In this document: positions 39,195-49,149 of the stretch, piece after piece
Layout of the letters: the number at the start of each line of letters is the position of its first letter
How positions within the stretch are numbered: the stretch's first letter is position 1
Assembly (NCBI GenBank): GCA_028691435.1
Contig: JAQUZG010000003.1
Span: forward strand, 2,605-66,604
DNA from: Candidatus Iainarchaeum sp.
GTDB lineage: Archaea; Iainarchaeota; Iainarchaeia; Iainarchaeales; JAAZKV01
Length of the DNA stretch: 64,000 nt
Reading direction: 5' to 3'
The notes under the pieces: model-generated
Told to the model about the DNA's origin: nothing
What the model saw: the letters and a program-made list of their open reading frames with translations, nothing else
Databases searched by the model: none
Program-made: the position numbers and the translations under genes

Positions 39195-40019
39195 TTATTT
39201 TTTAATTAATTCTTCATAAGTTTTAAGTATTTTTTCAGGAGATGAAGAATAGATTTTTTCATTTTTATTTTTTAATGTATCAAATTTTTTTTCAATTGAT
39301 TTTTTCCATTTTAATTCAGTTATTAAGAATGGTAAAGCTTGTCTTAAACCAGTTCTCATTACCTTGTTTTTGTGTCTAAATAATTCTTTTAAAAAAGTTT
39401 GATATGCCTTAGTATTATTTTTTTGTTTAAATGTTATATTTACTATTGCACTAGTGCAATTAGGTGCGGGATAAAAATTAGTTTTTGCAATTTTTTCAAC
39501 AACTTCAATTTTTGCATTAACATTAACAAAACAAGTTAATGCAGTATATTCTTTTAATCCTTCAAATGCAGTTAATTTTTCAATAAACCCTTCATCAAGC
39601 ATTAAAACAGCTTGAGTAATATTTTCAAGAGTAATTTTATTTAATAAATTTGTTGAAATGTGGTAAGGTGGTAAACTAACAACCTTGTTAATTTTATATT
39701 TAGTATAATCAATTAAAAGTGCATCTTCATTTAGTAAAATTAATTGACCTTTTTCAATTTCTGATTTAAATTTATCTTTTAATACTTCAACCATTACTTC
39801 ATCTTTTTCTACAGCAATAACTTTACATTTATCAACTAAAAATTTTGTTAAAAATCCAGTTCCTGGTCCAATTTCAAGTACAACATCAGTACTTTTTAAG
39901 TTAGCAATTTTTGTCATATAAATTAAAACTGCTTGATTAGTACAAAAATTTTGAGAAAGTTTTTTATCCGGTTTAAAATGATATTTAATCATTAAATCTT
40001 GTAATTCTTCAAGTCCCAT
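39195..40019 (-). CDS. ksgA: 16S rRNA (adenine1518/1519-N6)-dimethyltransferase KsgA/Dim1
   Basis: 'LSQNFCTNQAVL...VVLEIGPGTGFLTKFL...VIAVEKD'. Confidence 0.8.
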   Translation of the reverse strand: MGLEELQDLMIKYHFKPDKKLSQNFCTNQAVLIYMTKIANLKSTDVVLEIGPGTGFLTKFLVDKCKVIAVEKDEVMVEVLKDKFKSEIEKGQLILLNEDALLIDYTKYKINKVVSLPPYHISTNLLNKITLENITQAVLMLDEGFIEKLTAFEGLKEYTALTCFVNVNAKIEVVEKIAKTNFYPAPNCTSAIVNITFKQKNNTKAYQTFLKELFRHKNKVMRTGLRQALPFLITELKWKKSIEKKFDTLKNKNEKIYSSSPEKILKTYEELIKK

Positions 40020-40121
40020 AAGTAATCTTTTTCCTATTTAATAATCAATTATTGTTAATTAATCATTATAAACTAATCTTAAAAAAAAGAAAATAGCCGA
40101 TTGGCTATTTCAAATAATTAT

Positions 40122-40745
40122 TTAATTTTTATCTTCCATTAAAAATTCTTTTCTTTGAAGACTTCTATAATGTCCAGTGTATGCTTGTGGTGGAACAACA
40201 TGTGGTTCTCTAACAAACAAGTAATGTTTATCTTCAGGTTCTTCAAGTTCATCCATGATTCTTTTTACAATTGTGTTCATTGGATCAGATAAACCTTTTA
40301 CCCTTTCGATAATATCTTTGAATGATTCAAAAGGTTTTTTTTCTCGTTCATTAAGGATTTCTCTAACATGTTTTACTCCAATCCCTGGAAGTAAATCTAA
40401 TTGATGTCGTTTAATAGAAATACTTCTTGATTTATTATAAAAGTTAACAAATTTTTCTGGATTTTTTTCAACTATTTGTTTTATTACATCTTCAAGTTCT
40501 TCAATTGAATTTGAAGTTAATTTTTTGAATGTGATTCGTCCTTTTATAATTTCTACTTTTTGTCTTTCGTCTTTACCAATGTAAATTTCTTCTCCGATTG
40601 ATAAATTAACTCCTGGTTTAGGTGTTACTTCTAACAGTGTAAAATAGTCTTTTCCAATTACTTGTGCAATTGGTTCATTTTTTGCAGCACTTGATTTGCC
40701 TACTGGCATATAATCTAATACTATTGCATATTCTTCTGTTTTCAT
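40122..40745 (-). CDS. DUF655-family RNA-binding protein (HhH-containing; conserved archaeal neighbour of KsgA/RpoF)
   Basis: 'LDLLPGIGVKHVREILNEREKKPFESFKDI' HhH motif; conserved L21e-RpoF-DUF655-KsgA gene order. Confidence 0.6.
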   Translation of the reverse strand: MKTEEYAIVLDYMPVGKSSAAKNEPIAQVIGKDYFTLLEVTPKPGVNLSIGEEIYIGKDERQKVEIIKGRITFKKLTSNSIEELEDVIKQIVEKNPEKFVNFYNKSRSISIKRHQLDLLPGIGVKHVREILNEREKKPFESFKDIIERVKGLSDPMNTIVKRIMDELEEPEDKHYLFVREPHVVPPQAYTGHYRSLQRKEFLMEDKN

Positions 40746-40792
40746 ATTATCACCCTACCTTTTTAGAAAAAGCTTAAAAAAAATAAAAGGTA

Positions 40793-41140
40793 TTAATTTT
40801 TACCTTCAAATTTTTTTAACAAGTCGACGATTTTATTGCATTCGTCGTCTGAAATCGTTGCATCTTTTGGTACAAACAATTTCAATTGGTCAACTGATGT
40901 TGGCAATGCGTTAATAATTTGGTATTTTAATTCAATGTTATTTTTTAAAAATTCTACTTCATTAAACGCTTTAAGTAATGTTTCAACTTCTTTTTCATTT
41001 AATTTAGCAAATTTTTCAACAAATTTAAATGTAATATCTTGTTCATAATTTAATTCTTTTTCTTGTTGTCTTTCCTTAAGAATACTTTTTACTTCTGTAA
41101 TAGAAATTGGTTTCATTTCAACTATTTCTCCATTTTTCAT
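40793..41140 (-). CDS. rpoF: DNA-directed RNA polymerase subunit F (Rpo4/RpoF)
   Basis: Size (~115 aa), helical K/E-rich sequence, and its position in the conserved L21e-RpoF-DUF655-KsgA cluster. Confidence 0.55.
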   Translation of the reverse strand: MKNGEIVEMKPISITEVKSILKERQQEKELNYEQDITFKFVEKFAKLNEKEVETLLKAFNEVEFLKNNIELKYQIINALPTSVDQLKLFVPKDATISDDECNKIVDLLKKFEGKN

Positions 41141-41161
41141 AAAAACACCTTAATTAAACAA

Positions 41162-41539
41162 CTATTCTTTTTTTGATTTTTTTGCTTCTTTAATTTCTTT
41201 AGCTTTCTTTTTACTGTTTTTTACTTGTTTATTTTCTTTAACACCTAATTTTTTAACATGTACTGGTGTTGTTACAACAATAAAATCTTTATTTCCTCTT
41301 TTTAATTTAATTTCAAAAGAACTTCCTCTTTTTGCAGTTACTTTTCCTGATAATCCGTGGAATCCTTTGTATGGGAATCCTTTATGGTAACTTGAATCAA
41401 TAACTATTTGAACATTGTCGCCAATTTCAAATTCTCTAACTTCTTGATTAACAGTTATCTTTGATCCTCTTTTTTTAAATTTAGATCTTGTTTTACTTCT
41501 CTTTCCACCAACTCTAGGTGAACCTGTAATTTTTGCCAT
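41162..41539 (-). CDS. rpl21e: 50S ribosomal protein L21e
   Basis: 'SKFKKRGSKITVNQEVREFEIGDNVQIVIDSSYHKGFPYKGFHGLSGKV' matches the L21e pattern (…KGMPHKRYHGKTG.V…); K-rich C-tail. Confidence 0.7.
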   Translation of the reverse strand: MAKITGSPRVGGKRSKTRSKFKKRGSKITVNQEVREFEIGDNVQIVIDSSYHKGFPYKGFHGLSGKVTAKRGSSFEIKLKRGNKDFIVVTTPVHVKKLGVKENKQVKNSKKKAKEIKEAKKSKKE

Positions 41540-41741
41540 ATTATCACATCTGTAAATTTAGTTTTTTAATATAAAATATTGAGTAAGAAACATTTATAAA
41601 TGATATTATTTTTTAATTTATTTTCCCTCTGATTTTGTAATATTTTTTAATTAAATTATTTTTTTAATTTTTATGGATTTATTTTAATTTAATTTATTTA
41701 TTAATTAAATTAAATATTTTACTAAGTTAATTATCTTATTT

Positions 41742-42392
41742 TTATTTTGGCAAGTGTTTTTTTGTTTTCATAATGATTAATTGATTACAATTTGGACTAA
41801 ATCTATAATTTAAATTTGGTTTTAATCCAGATTGATTTAATAATTCAACAAGTTCAGCAATACTTATTTCCTTTCTATTAAAGTTAACAATTGCAACACC
41901 CCCGACACGTAATGAATCAATAACTTTTGATACCATTTTTGTAACTTGTTTAGTATGAAATGTGCCGCCACAATTTGAAATTATACAATCAAAAGATTCT
42001 TTTAATTGTAATTCTGAAAAATCCCCTTCATATATTTTATCATAATTGTGATAAAGATTTTTTTTACTTTTTTTAACTGTACTTCCAACTACTCTTAATT
42101 TTTTTCCACCAAAAAATCTTAGATCTCTTCCAAGTGTGCCTTCTCCACAACCTAAATCCAGTACACTTATCACTCGTCTTCTTTTTTTACTTTGATGCAT
42201 TAACCAACTTTTAACTGGATAATTAAATTTTTTTTCAATACCTGCTAAGCTAGTTTTATTAATCCCCCAATCATTAGCTAAATCTCTTTTTTTTGATTCT
42301 TCTAGTGCTAATTTATCAGCAACAATTCGTTGAACTTGTTTTTCTGGATTGAATACATTTCTTGTAACAAGTGGAGTGTGTCTTTTTGACAT
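41742..42392 (-). CDS. class I SAM-dependent methyltransferase
   Basis: 'VLDLGCGEGTLGRDL' motif I; 'IISNCGGTFH'. Confidence 0.55.
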   Translation of the reverse strand: MSKRHTPLVTRNVFNPEKQVQRIVADKLALEESKKRDLANDWGINKTSLAGIEKKFNYPVKSWLMHQSKKRRRVISVLDLGCGEGTLGRDLRFFGGKKLRVVGSTVKKSKKNLYHNYDKIYEGDFSELQLKESFDCIISNCGGTFHTKQVTKMVSKVIDSLRVGGVAIVNFNRKEISIAELVELLNQSGLKPNLNYRFSPNCNQLIIMKTKKHLPK

Positions 42393-42485
42393 ACTATAAT
42401 TAATTACTTGAAATTAATATATGTTATTATTCGAAGTTTAATAAAAAAATTTAAAAATTTGAAGAATATGATTGTATTTTTTAAA

Positions 42486-42592
42486 TTGCAACCTAAAAGG
42501 TTGCATATAAGAAGTTTTGATTGATCGTTTTAATTAATCTACAACTCGAAGAGTTGTATACAACTAGTTTCGTGAACCTTTACTAAAGGTTC
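42486..42592 (-). terminator. array of three perfect hairpins immediately 3' of tRNA-Arg
   Basis: TGCAACC-TAAAA-GGTTGCA, ACAACTC-GAA-GAGTTGT, GAACCTTT-AC-TAAAGGTTC, each with flanking T-runs on the transcribed strand. Confidence 0.35.
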
Positions 42593-42596
42593 AAAA

Positions 42597-42670
42597 CGAG
42601 CCCGGTGCGATTTGAACGCACGATCTACTGCTTAGAAGGCAGTCGCCTTATCCAGCTAGGCCACGGGCCC
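42597..42670 (-). tRNA. tRNA-Arg (anticodon TCT)
   Basis: Reverse complement GGGCCCGUGGCCUAGCUGGAUAAGGCGACUGCCUUCUAAGCAGUAGAUCGUGCGUUCAAAUCGCACCGGGCUCG; anticodon stem ACUGC/GCAGU, loop CUUCUAA. Confidence 0.8.
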
Positions 42671-42749
42671 GTATAATTAATTTTTTATGAAAGGAACTTT
42701 TTAAAACTATTGTTTAGTTATAAATTAAACTAATTTATTTAATTATTGA

Positions 42750-44537
42750 TTAGTCTTTTATGAATCCACCTTTTTGTAAATCCCAAAGACTCTTGTATTC
42801 TCCATCTTGTTTAATTAGGTCATTATGTGTGCCAATTTGTATAATTTTTCCTTTTTTTAATACAACTATTTTGTCTGCGTGCATGATTGTTGATAAACGG
42901 TGTGCTATGATTATTGATGTTCTTCCTTTCATTAGTTTTTGTAAGTCATTTTGTATATCGTGTTCAGTTTTTGAATCAAGTGCGGATGTTGCTTCATCTA
43001 AAACAAGTATTTTTTTATCTGCAAGGATTGCTCTTGCAATTGATACTCTTTGTTTTTCTCCACCACTTAATTTAATTCCTCGCTCTCCAACTATTGTTTC
43101 TTCTTTATTTGGAAATCCTTCAATAGTTTTATCCAACTGTGCAAATTTAATTGCTTTAATTACTTCTTCTCTAGTTGCATTAGGTTTAGAAAATTTAATA
43201 TTATTAAAAACAGTATCATCAAACAGTACACAATCCTGTGGAACAATTGCCATTTCATTTCTTAGTGATTCTTGCGTTACATTTTTTATATCTTGATTGT
43301 CAATTAAAATTTGTCCAGAATTTACATCATATAATCTATAAAGTAATTTGATTAATGTTGTTTTTCCTGATCCTGAATGACCAACTAATGCAACTTTTTC
43401 ATTATGTTTTATTTTTAGATTAAAATCTTTAAATAAATGATTTTTACCATAACAAAAATCTATGTTCTTAAATGCAATTTCGCCTTTTATAATTTCTAAA
43501 TTTTTTGCATTTTCTTTATCATTAATGTTTGATTTTATTTCTCCATATTCAAATAAATCTTGAAAATCTGACATTGATTTGTAAAATTGTCTTATTCCAA
43601 ATACTGCCCCATATGTTCCTGCAATTATTGTTCCATAAATTGCATAAATAAAAGTAATTGTCCCAATAGTTATTTTCCCATTTATAAAATCTATCATTGG
43701 AAAATAAAGTAATAAAATCAAACCAATTGCTGGGATTAATGCTTTTGAACTATCTACCCAAGTATAAAATTTCCAATAGTTTAATGAGTTAGTTTGTGTA
43801 TTTTTTGCTAAATATTCATATCTTTTTTTAATGAATTTTTCTTTACCAAAAAATCTTATTGAATCAATATTTGTAAATATGTCTGAAATATTTCCTTTTT
43901 CAATATCTTCTGATTCATTATATTTTATTTTATATTTCTTTTGAATATTTTGTATATAAATGTTGAATGAAATGAATATTATTGAAACAACGAAAATTAT
44001 TATTGCTGAATTTATACTAAAATATGCAATTGATATTCCTGCAATAATTAATTGAATTATGACTGGTAAAAAGTTAAATACTATTGCGTCAGTCATTGCA
44101 TCTACTGCACTTGTCCCACGAGTTAGGCGTGAAATTAAAGTTCCTGTTTTATGATTAGTGTGAAAGTGGTAATCTAAATTTAGAATGTGATTAAAATATT
44201 TCTCTTTCATTTCAAAAACTATTTTTGCCCCAAGGTTAATCAAAACTTTGGTTCTCATCCATTCACAAATTGATTCAATAATTTTTATACATATGTATGC
44301 AAATAATATAGACATAATTATTTGAATAAAAATATCTTTTGTTATTTCATTAGAGGTAAATTTTGTTCCTTCATCAATAAGTACTTTAAATAAAAAATTA
44401 TTTGCTAAGTAAACAAGTTGAATAATTAGAATTATGATTGTTCCAACTATTAATTCTTTTTTCTTTGTTTTTAAAAAACTCCAATAGTTAATTAAATTTC
44501 TTTTGAAATCAATTTTTGTATTGCCCCCATGAGACAT
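42750..44537 (-). CDS. ABC exporter, fused permease-ATPase (MsbA/multidrug type)
   Basis: 6-TM domain plus NBD 'GHSGSGKTTLIKLL', 'LSGGEKQRVSIARAIL', 'ILVLDEATSALD'. Confidence 0.85.
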   Translation of the reverse strand: MSHGGNTKIDFKRNLINYWSFLKTKKKELIVGTIIILIIQLVYLANNFLFKVLIDEGTKFTSNEITKDIFIQIIMSILFAYICIKIIESICEWMRTKVLINLGAKIVFEMKEKYFNHILNLDYHFHTNHKTGTLISRLTRGTSAVDAMTDAIVFNFLPVIIQLIIAGISIAYFSINSAIIIFVVSIIFISFNIYIQNIQKKYKIKYNESEDIEKGNISDIFTNIDSIRFFGKEKFIKKRYEYLAKNTQTNSLNYWKFYTWVDSSKALIPAIGLILLLYFPMIDFINGKITIGTITFIYAIYGTIIAGTYGAVFGIRQFYKSMSDFQDLFEYGEIKSNINDKENAKNLEIIKGEIAFKNIDFCYGKNHLFKDFNLKIKHNEKVALVGHSGSGKTTLIKLLYRLYDVNSGQILIDNQDIKNVTQESLRNEMAIVPQDCVLFDDTVFNNIKFSKPNATREEVIKAIKFAQLDKTIEGFPNKEETIVGERGIKLSGGEKQRVSIARAILADKKILVLDEATSALDSKTEHDIQNDLQKLMKGRTSIIIAHRLSTIMHADKIVVLKKGKIIQIGTHNDLIKQDGEYKSLWDLQKGGFIKD

Positions 44538-44645
44538 AGTAATATTTGATTAATAAAGTATTTTAAATTTTTCTACTAATGACGAAATTATCAGATTTTT
44601 GAAAATTAGGTTTATTTTAATAAATTTAGATTATTTTTTAGAAAC

Positions 44646-46373
44646 TTACATCTCTTCAATTGCTTCAATATCTAAAATTTCTAGTCCTTTTTTTAATACA
44701 ATACAAGTAGCTTCCACTAGTGAAAGTCTAGCATTTAGTAAGTCTTTATTTTCAGTTTTTAAGATTTGAATTTCTTGATACATTGAATTAAATTTTTGTG
44801 CAATTGCGATTAGATTGTGACAAAGTGGGTGGAGAGAAAGAATGTCTTTTGATTTTTCAACTGAATTAGTAAATTCAGCCAATTCATTTATCAATTCGAT
44901 TTCTTTTTGTTCTTTTAATAAATCAAACTTGTTATGTATATAATTGATGTTTTCTTTCTTAGCTTTTCTTAAAATACTTTTTGACCTAGCAAAAGTATAT
45001 TGCACATATGGTCCAGTTTCCCCATCAAAAGAAATACTGGCTTTTGCATCATAAATCATGTCTTTTTTTGCATCATTTTTTAATAAATAAAACTTAATTG
45101 AAGCTAAAGCTATTTTTTTTGCTCGTTCTTCTATTTCATTTGGTTTTAAAGCCGTATATCTATTACTAACTTCAGTTAATGCTAATTCTTTAATTTCTTT
45201 AATTAAATCATCAACATCAACAACGGTTCCTTCTCTTGATTTCATTTTACCAGTTGTGAGTGAAACATATCCATAAGACAAATGAAAACATTTTTTTGCC
45301 CAAGGTCGGCCAAGTTTTTCAAAGATTTTAAACAATTGTTTAAAGTATAAATCTTGTTCATTACAAACAACCCAAATAGATTGGTCCAAATTAAATTTAT
45401 CAAATTTATATTGTGTTAAAATTAAATCGTTTGTTGCATAAAGACTAGTTCCATCTCCTCTTAACAAAACTTTATCTTGGAGTTCGGGTAGTCTAGCAAG
45501 TATTGCGCCATTATCTGCTTTATAAAAAACTCCTTTTTCTAAACCTTCATTAATTAGTTTATCTTTTTCTCCAAACATTTCACTTTCATAAAAATAATTA
45601 TCAAACTTTGTTCCATATTCTTGATATGTTTCTTTCATCCCATCAATTGCCCACTTGTTCATTTTTTTCCAAAGTTCTCTTGTTTCTTTATCTCCCTCTT
45701 CCCATTTAACAAGCATTTTTTGAGCTTCTTCTTCTAAACTTGGATCTTCTTTTAATTTTTCATTAAATAAAATATACATTTTACCAACAAAATGATCTGA
45801 TTTTATTTTTTCAGATTCAGGAGTTTTTCCTTCGCCAAATAATTTGTAAGCAAGCATAGATTTACAAATGTGAATTCCTCGATCGTTAATCAAATTTGAT
45901 TTAATTACATTTTGACCTTTTGCTTCAAATAAATTAGAAATTGCTAAACCTAATGTATTATTTCTTAAGTGACCTAAATGAAGAGGTTTATTAGTATTAG
46001 GAGCAGAATATTCAATCATGATTTTTGTTGGTTCTTCTTTATTTATTAAATTGTCATTAAATATTTTATCAAGAACCATGTTTGATAAATTAGATTTATT
46101 TAAAAAGAAATTTACATAAGGCCCTTTTGGCTCCACTTTTTCTAAAAAATCTAAATTTTTTTTTGAAATTAAGTCTGTTAATTTTTGAGAAATTTCTTTA
46201 CTAATTTCAACTGGACTTTTTTTTAATTCTTTAGAAAGTAAAAAACAAGGAAAAGCATAGTCACCTAAACCATTTGGGGGAACTTCAAGTAAATCAAAAA
46301 CTTTAGTTTTATCAAAATTAGGATTAGACAATTCTTCTGACAAAATTAATGCAATACTTTCTTTAAAATCCAT
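44646..46373 (-). CDS. argS: arginyl-tRNA synthetase
   Basis: HIGH region 'SAPNTNKPLHLGHLRNN'; 'KMKSREG'; C-terminal DALR-like anticodon-binding domain. Confidence 0.85.
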   Translation of the reverse strand: MDFKESIALILSEELSNPNFDKTKVFDLLEVPPNGLGDYAFPCFLLSKELKKSPVEISKEISQKLTDLISKKNLDFLEKVEPKGPYVNFFLNKSNLSNMVLDKIFNDNLINKEEPTKIMIEYSAPNTNKPLHLGHLRNNTLGLAISNLFEAKGQNVIKSNLINDRGIHICKSMLAYKLFGEGKTPESEKIKSDHFVGKMYILFNEKLKEDPSLEEEAQKMLVKWEEGDKETRELWKKMNKWAIDGMKETYQEYGTKFDNYFYESEMFGEKDKLINEGLEKGVFYKADNGAILARLPELQDKVLLRGDGTSLYATNDLILTQYKFDKFNLDQSIWVVCNEQDLYFKQLFKIFEKLGRPWAKKCFHLSYGYVSLTTGKMKSREGTVVDVDDLIKEIKELALTEVSNRYTALKPNEIEERAKKIALASIKFYLLKNDAKKDMIYDAKASISFDGETGPYVQYTFARSKSILRKAKKENINYIHNKFDLLKEQKEIELINELAEFTNSVEKSKDILSLHPLCHNLIAIAQKFNSMYQEIQILKTENKDLLNARLSLVEATCIVLKKGLEILDIEAIEEM

Positions 46374-46622
46374 AATTAAATATAGTTATGAATTATTTAT
46401 AATTTTACCTTTAACCTAATAATTAAATAATAGTTTAAAGATACTTGTTTATGAATTCTGTAAAATCTATCATTCCCACAACTTATTTTTAAAAACTTTA
46501 TATATTAAGAAAACTAAGTTTATTTATTTGAACTAGACAATGGCATAATAATTTTAATGAATTTGATTTTAATTTTATTTTGAATAAGATAATTTTAAAT
46601 AATATAAAAATAAATAATATTC

Positions 46623-47150
46623 ATGTTATTACAAAATATAAAACGACAACTAAGAAGAATTGCAATATTAAGTACATCTTTACCACTACTTCGTGACAGA
46701 GATTTTTTATCACATAGGATAATATACAAAAAAAAGATTCGTGGACGAACATTAATTTGGAAAAGCTCTGGTGGAAAAAGAGAAGCCAATGCGAGAAAAA
46801 CTGCTTCTGAAGTTGTTCCAAAAGAAGGAAAACATTATTCATTTCAATTATCCAAAAGATACCCACGAATAGCTAATCAAAAACGTTGGGAAAAATATTA
46901 TGATTTACCCTCATTAAAAGATATTTTTGACGGAAATAAAAATAGAAGATTGAAAAAATTATTAATTAATAAAAATCTTAATTTTAAAAAATTTTATGAC
47001 GCTTGTATTGAAGGGTATGAAGAACTACAAAAACTTGCTTTTGAAAATATTATAAGAGAGGGTTATAAATATGACTTGGATCTTGGACCAGATCAATTTA
47101 TGGTTGATTTTATAAACGAAAAACCACATTTTATTTTAATTGATATTTAA
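46623..47150 (+). CDS. hypothetical basic protein
   Basis: 175-aa ORF; family not recognised. Confidence 0.35.
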   Translation: MLLQNIKRQLRRIAILSTSLPLLRDRDFLSHRIIYKKKIRGRTLIWKSSGGKREANARKTASEVVPKEGKHYSFQLSKRYPRIANQKRWEKYYDLPSLKDIFDGNKNRRLKKLLINKNLNFKKFYDACIEGYEELQKLAFENIIREGYKYDLDLGPDQFMVDFINEKPHFILIDI

Positions 47151-47243
47151 TTAAATCTCTGATTTTCCCACTGACATATTCTTAGATTAGACAATTTTTT
47201 AGATAAAACTAATGCAATATGTTTTTTAAAATTTATAAAAAAG

Positions 47244-47795
47244 TTATTTTAATTCGCCCATTTGTTCTAATATGGGATTTGCAAAATATGTTTTATTATT
47301 AAGTTTAAATCTTACGATTCTAGTGCCTTTTTCATTAGTTTTTACTTGTGCTTCAATACCCATTTCCCTTAATGAAAGAGCCATTACTCTTGACATTTTA
47401 TCTGCTGCTTGATTAATTGCATTAGCACTAAGGGGATCAATAATAATTTTATCTTGATTAATCATATTACTAACTAATTCATTTTCTTTAGTTACTTTAT
47501 CTATAACGTCAAGCATGTGATTAACTTTAATCATTAAATTTTTTACTCCTTCAAGATTTGATGGAAATGAAGCAACAAATTTTTTTAATCTAATTTTTTG
47601 TTCAGGAGTAAATCTTGAATTTAAACTTTTTCTTCTAACTTTACCAACTTCAGATTGTCTTTTACTTGGAGCAACTTGTTTTTTACTAGGCTCGGTTCTT
47701 TTTGTCTCATAGTTTACTCTTTGGGGCACACCCGGTTTCTTTTTTCTACTTAGAAATTGGAATTTTTTACCAAACATAATTAAATTAATATACAA
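47244..47795 (-). CDS. hypothetical protein
   Basis: 183-aa ORF directly downstream (same strand) of the decayed methyltransferase remnant. Confidence 0.35.
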   Translation of the reverse strand: MYINLIMFGKKFQFLSRKKKPGVPQRVNYETKRTEPSKKQVAPSKRQSEVGKVRRKSLNSRFTPEQKIRLKKFVASFPSNLEGVKNLMIKVNHMLDVIDKVTKENELVSNMINQDKIIIDPLSANAINQAADKMSRVMALSLREMGIEAQVKTNEKGTRIVRFKLNNKTYFANPILEQMGELK

Positions 47796-48059
47796 AGAGT
47801 ATAAATATTTTCTTATTAATTTAGAAAAGTAATTAAATACGATTTTACTTAATTATTATATGAAATTTCAAAAAATTAAAACTATTGAAGATTTTCTTGA
47901 AAAATCAATTTATAAAAAATCATATGATTTTAATTATAGAAATCAGTATAGTTATGAGCATTAGTAGTAGATATATACACATAAAAATAAGTATAAAAAT
48001 AACAATTAACTCAAACATACAAAAACTAAATTAAGCTGGCCAGTTTTTAGTTAACTTTA

Positions 48060-48650
48060 TAGAAATTTGTTAAATTTGAAGCTCTAAATCAAGTTTTTCT
48101 ATGATTAATGTGCCTTTTGTTTAATCAAGTTTGTAATTAGTTGGTTTTAGTCCGTTTTCAAATAGAACTCGTCTGATTTCATTGATGTCTGAGTTTAATC
48201 CATTAAAATTTAGACATGCTATTCATTTTGGTCTGAGTAAACTTATGGCTTTGTCAATAACCTCGTTATGTGGATTGAATGAGTGGTGGGCCAAAATGAG
48301 AAATTATAACATCAAAAGTTTTACCAAGTTTAACGTTTAAAAAATCACCAGCAACAACTTTAGAGTATTGATTTTTATGTTCCATTCGACTAGAATTTAA
48401 ATTACTACAAACAATTCGAAAAGGAGTTGCAATTAAATGTAATCTCATATCTAAACCAAGATTTCCATTTACACACATTAAATTAAGAACAGAAACATTT
48501 CGTTTAGTTAATTTTTTTCTTTGTACTAATCTACTAAATATTTCATCAGCTAATTTTTTACTTTATCTATTTCAAGCGTAATCTCTATCTTTCTTTCTAA
48601 CTAAAAAATTAGGCAATTTAATTTATTAATATGTTTCATAAAAAAAATAG
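48060..48650 (-). pseudogene. decayed N6-adenine/NPPY-family methyltransferase remnant (multiple stops and frameshifts)
   Basis: Minus-strand frame gives '...VLNLMCVNGNLGLDM...VVAGDFLNVKLGKTFDVIISHFGPPLIQS', resembling motif I (VLDPxCGxGxFL) and motif IV (FDxIIGNPPY) of gamma-class amino-MTases. Flanking frames are broken by stops. Confidence 0.35.
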
Positions 48651-48683
48651 TAGTTTTATTTTAATAAACTTAACTAAAAAGAA

Positions 48684-49040
48684 TTAGTTCTTTTTTAAGA
48701 AGAACATGTGTCCTGCCCCAGCAATTAATCCAACCATAGCTAATGAAACTAAAACTAAGATCGGCATTGATTTTGGGCCTAAACCAAATAATCCAACAGA
48801 ATTAACATTTTGATCTTCTTCAACAACTGTTGGTGCAATATATGAAATAGTATTGATTGTTATTGGTTGGTCTTTTTCTATTACTTTTCCAATTACTTTA
48901 CTTGACAAATTATTATCCTCAAAAGCCCATACTGGATTAGATAAAAAAATAATTGAAATTAATCCACTGATAATCATTACTGAAACAAGTAGGCTATTTC
49001 TATTAAAATTATTTAATACATCCATAAAAATACATTCCAA
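48684..49040 (-). CDS. small secreted protein with C-terminal TM anchor
   Basis: N-terminal TM/signal peptide and C-terminal 'ILVLVSLAMVGLIAGAGHMFFLKKN'. Confidence 0.4.
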   Translation of the reverse strand: MECIFMDVLNNFNRNSLLVSVMIISGLISIIFLSNPVWAFEDNNLSSKVIGKVIEKDQPITINTISYIAPTVVEEDQNVNSVGLFGLGPKSMPILVLVSLAMVGLIAGAGHMFFLKKN

Positions 49041-49149
49041 ATTTATATATTATGTTTAATAGTTTTTGTTTCATAATATTTAAAAAGATATTTAAGGAGA
49101 TAAAATTAATTAAATTATAATTAAATTTTTAATTGATAAAAACTACACT

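Noticed and set aside
42760-43296. 178-aa plus-strand ORF
   Set aside because: It is antisense to the ABC exporter NBD region.
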